A stretch of DNA of 64,000 nt from Scyliorhinus canicula (taxonomy: Eukaryota), in NCBI RefSeq assembly GCF_902713615.1, contig NW_024055431.1:1-64000 (forward strand). The letters are read 5' to 3'. The position numbers and the translations under genes are program-made. Of this stretch, positions 62,952 through 64,000 are shown in pieces (the stretch's first letter is position 1; each line of letters starts with the position of its first letter). The notes beneath the pieces were generated by a model. It worked only from the letters and a program-made list of their open reading frames with translations. It searched no databases and was not told where the DNA came from.

Positions 62952-62990
62952 CACAGCGAGAGGAACCAGGGCTGGACCCGCACAAGAACA
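62952..62990 (+). other. 23-RSS of VH
   Basis: CACAGCG, 23-bp spacer, ACAAGAACA. Confidence 0.9.
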
Positions 62991-63360
62991 GCTCGAGAGG
63001 GAATTCAGCAACTTACACCTTAACCTAAAGGTCAGCACTTGATCCAAATGTAATATTAATGTCAGTGATCAGAGTCATTGCACACGCTGCTTCTTACATA
63101 ACTCACATAGAGAAAACTAAACAGTGAAACCGAACAAACCAATCAATCTAATAGGATGAGCTTTTGTCTGTTTACATTTACTGTTCACAGTTTCAGCAAT
63201 TAGAGACTTGGCTATAATCCTGGTTTTATTATTTCGGATTCTTGGAGAAAGCGTATGTACATTGGGTTTTATAAACTGCTGTCAAATTGTAAATTAGATC
63301 AGAAGTAAACGTGTATTTGAAGTGAATATTGAGCAGCAGGACTGAACAGAGAGTGAGTGC

Positions 63361-63438
63361 AGTTTTTGTGCGGGTGTCTGTCACTGTGACTACAGTGGGT
63401 CACAGTGCTGTGCACAGCGACATCCTCATACAAAAACC
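63361..63438 (+). other. IGHD: IgH D1 segment ACTACAGTGGGT (63389-63400) with 5' 12-RSS and 3' 22-RSS
   Basis: AGTTTTTGT-12-CACTGTG | D | CACAGTG-22-ACAAAAACC. Confidence 0.95.
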
Positions 63439-63751
63439 TCAGTGATAGAGTTTGTTCAAATTGGTGATCAGGGCCACAGCACGAACGTTAAAGTAAACGA
63501 GTTTTAAATAAAACAACGTTTGGAAGTAATATTAGTTTGCAAAAAGGTATAAAAATCTTCCACTTTATCACTGTTGACCGACTCGCTAAATCTTCCCAGA
63601 GGGTTTAAAAGTGTTCCGATCTTCTTTATAAATTTGATGACACGGACAAGCTGAAATAATTCACCCATTCGCTCTTGGAAGAGAGAGAGTTAGTTTTTTG
63701 GGAAAGCAGTGAAATTAAATCTCTGTATTTTACAGTTAACAAGTCTGCCGC

Positions 63752-63817
63752 AGTATTTGACACGCTGTGTCTCACTGTGACAACTGGGGCACAGCAGTTA
63801 CTGTCAATACAAAAAGC
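63752..63817 (+). other. IGHD: IgH D2 segment ACAACTGGGG (63780-63789) with 12/12 RSS
   Basis: AGTATTTGA-12-CACTGTG | D | CACAGCA-12-ACAAAAAGC. Confidence 0.9.
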
Positions 63818-64000
63818 CCCTCAGCACTAATTAACTGAGGCTGGCTCAGTGCTCGCTTTTACAATCCAACTTTATTCACAGTGAAGTATTATTTGATTCC
63901 AGCACTGACAAAATAATCAGAATTAATGTGGAAAATTGGTTGTCGTTATTTAGTCACAGTTGGTGTTTTCAATAACATTTCCATGTCTGTGAAATGTAAA

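Overview
Eukaryotic DNA from a cartilaginous fish (shark-type IgM VH and SINE/LINE families); no prokaryotic features. Positions 0.5-28 kb hold a T-cell receptor alpha/delta-type V-segment array. Each segment has a leader exon, an intron, a V exon and a 23-bp-spacer RSS, and segments lie on both strands. An ~11-kb tandem duplication (10232-21349 / 21654-32142) carries four V families twice (family 1 on +, families 2-4 on -). Upstream of it lie several decayed V genes, three of which have a stop at the invariant Trp codon. Positions 28-62 kb are repeat-rich: a 78-bp minisatellite, a 606-N assembly gap, CR1/L2/RTE/Penelope fragments, tRNA-derived SINEs and a second ~5-kb duplication. The window ends in an intact immunoglobulin heavy-chain (IgM-type) VH-D1-D2 cassette with 23 / 12-22 / 12-12 RSS architecture. 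The main result is an IgH V-D-D unit scaffolded within ~35 kb of TCR alpha/delta V genes; the scaffold gap between them is a caveat. Other notable items are a V family with open frames but no canonical Cys23/Trp41, and a palindromic Penelope-derived insertion carrying a hammerhead ribozyme motif. All coordinates, translations and identities were worked out by eye.
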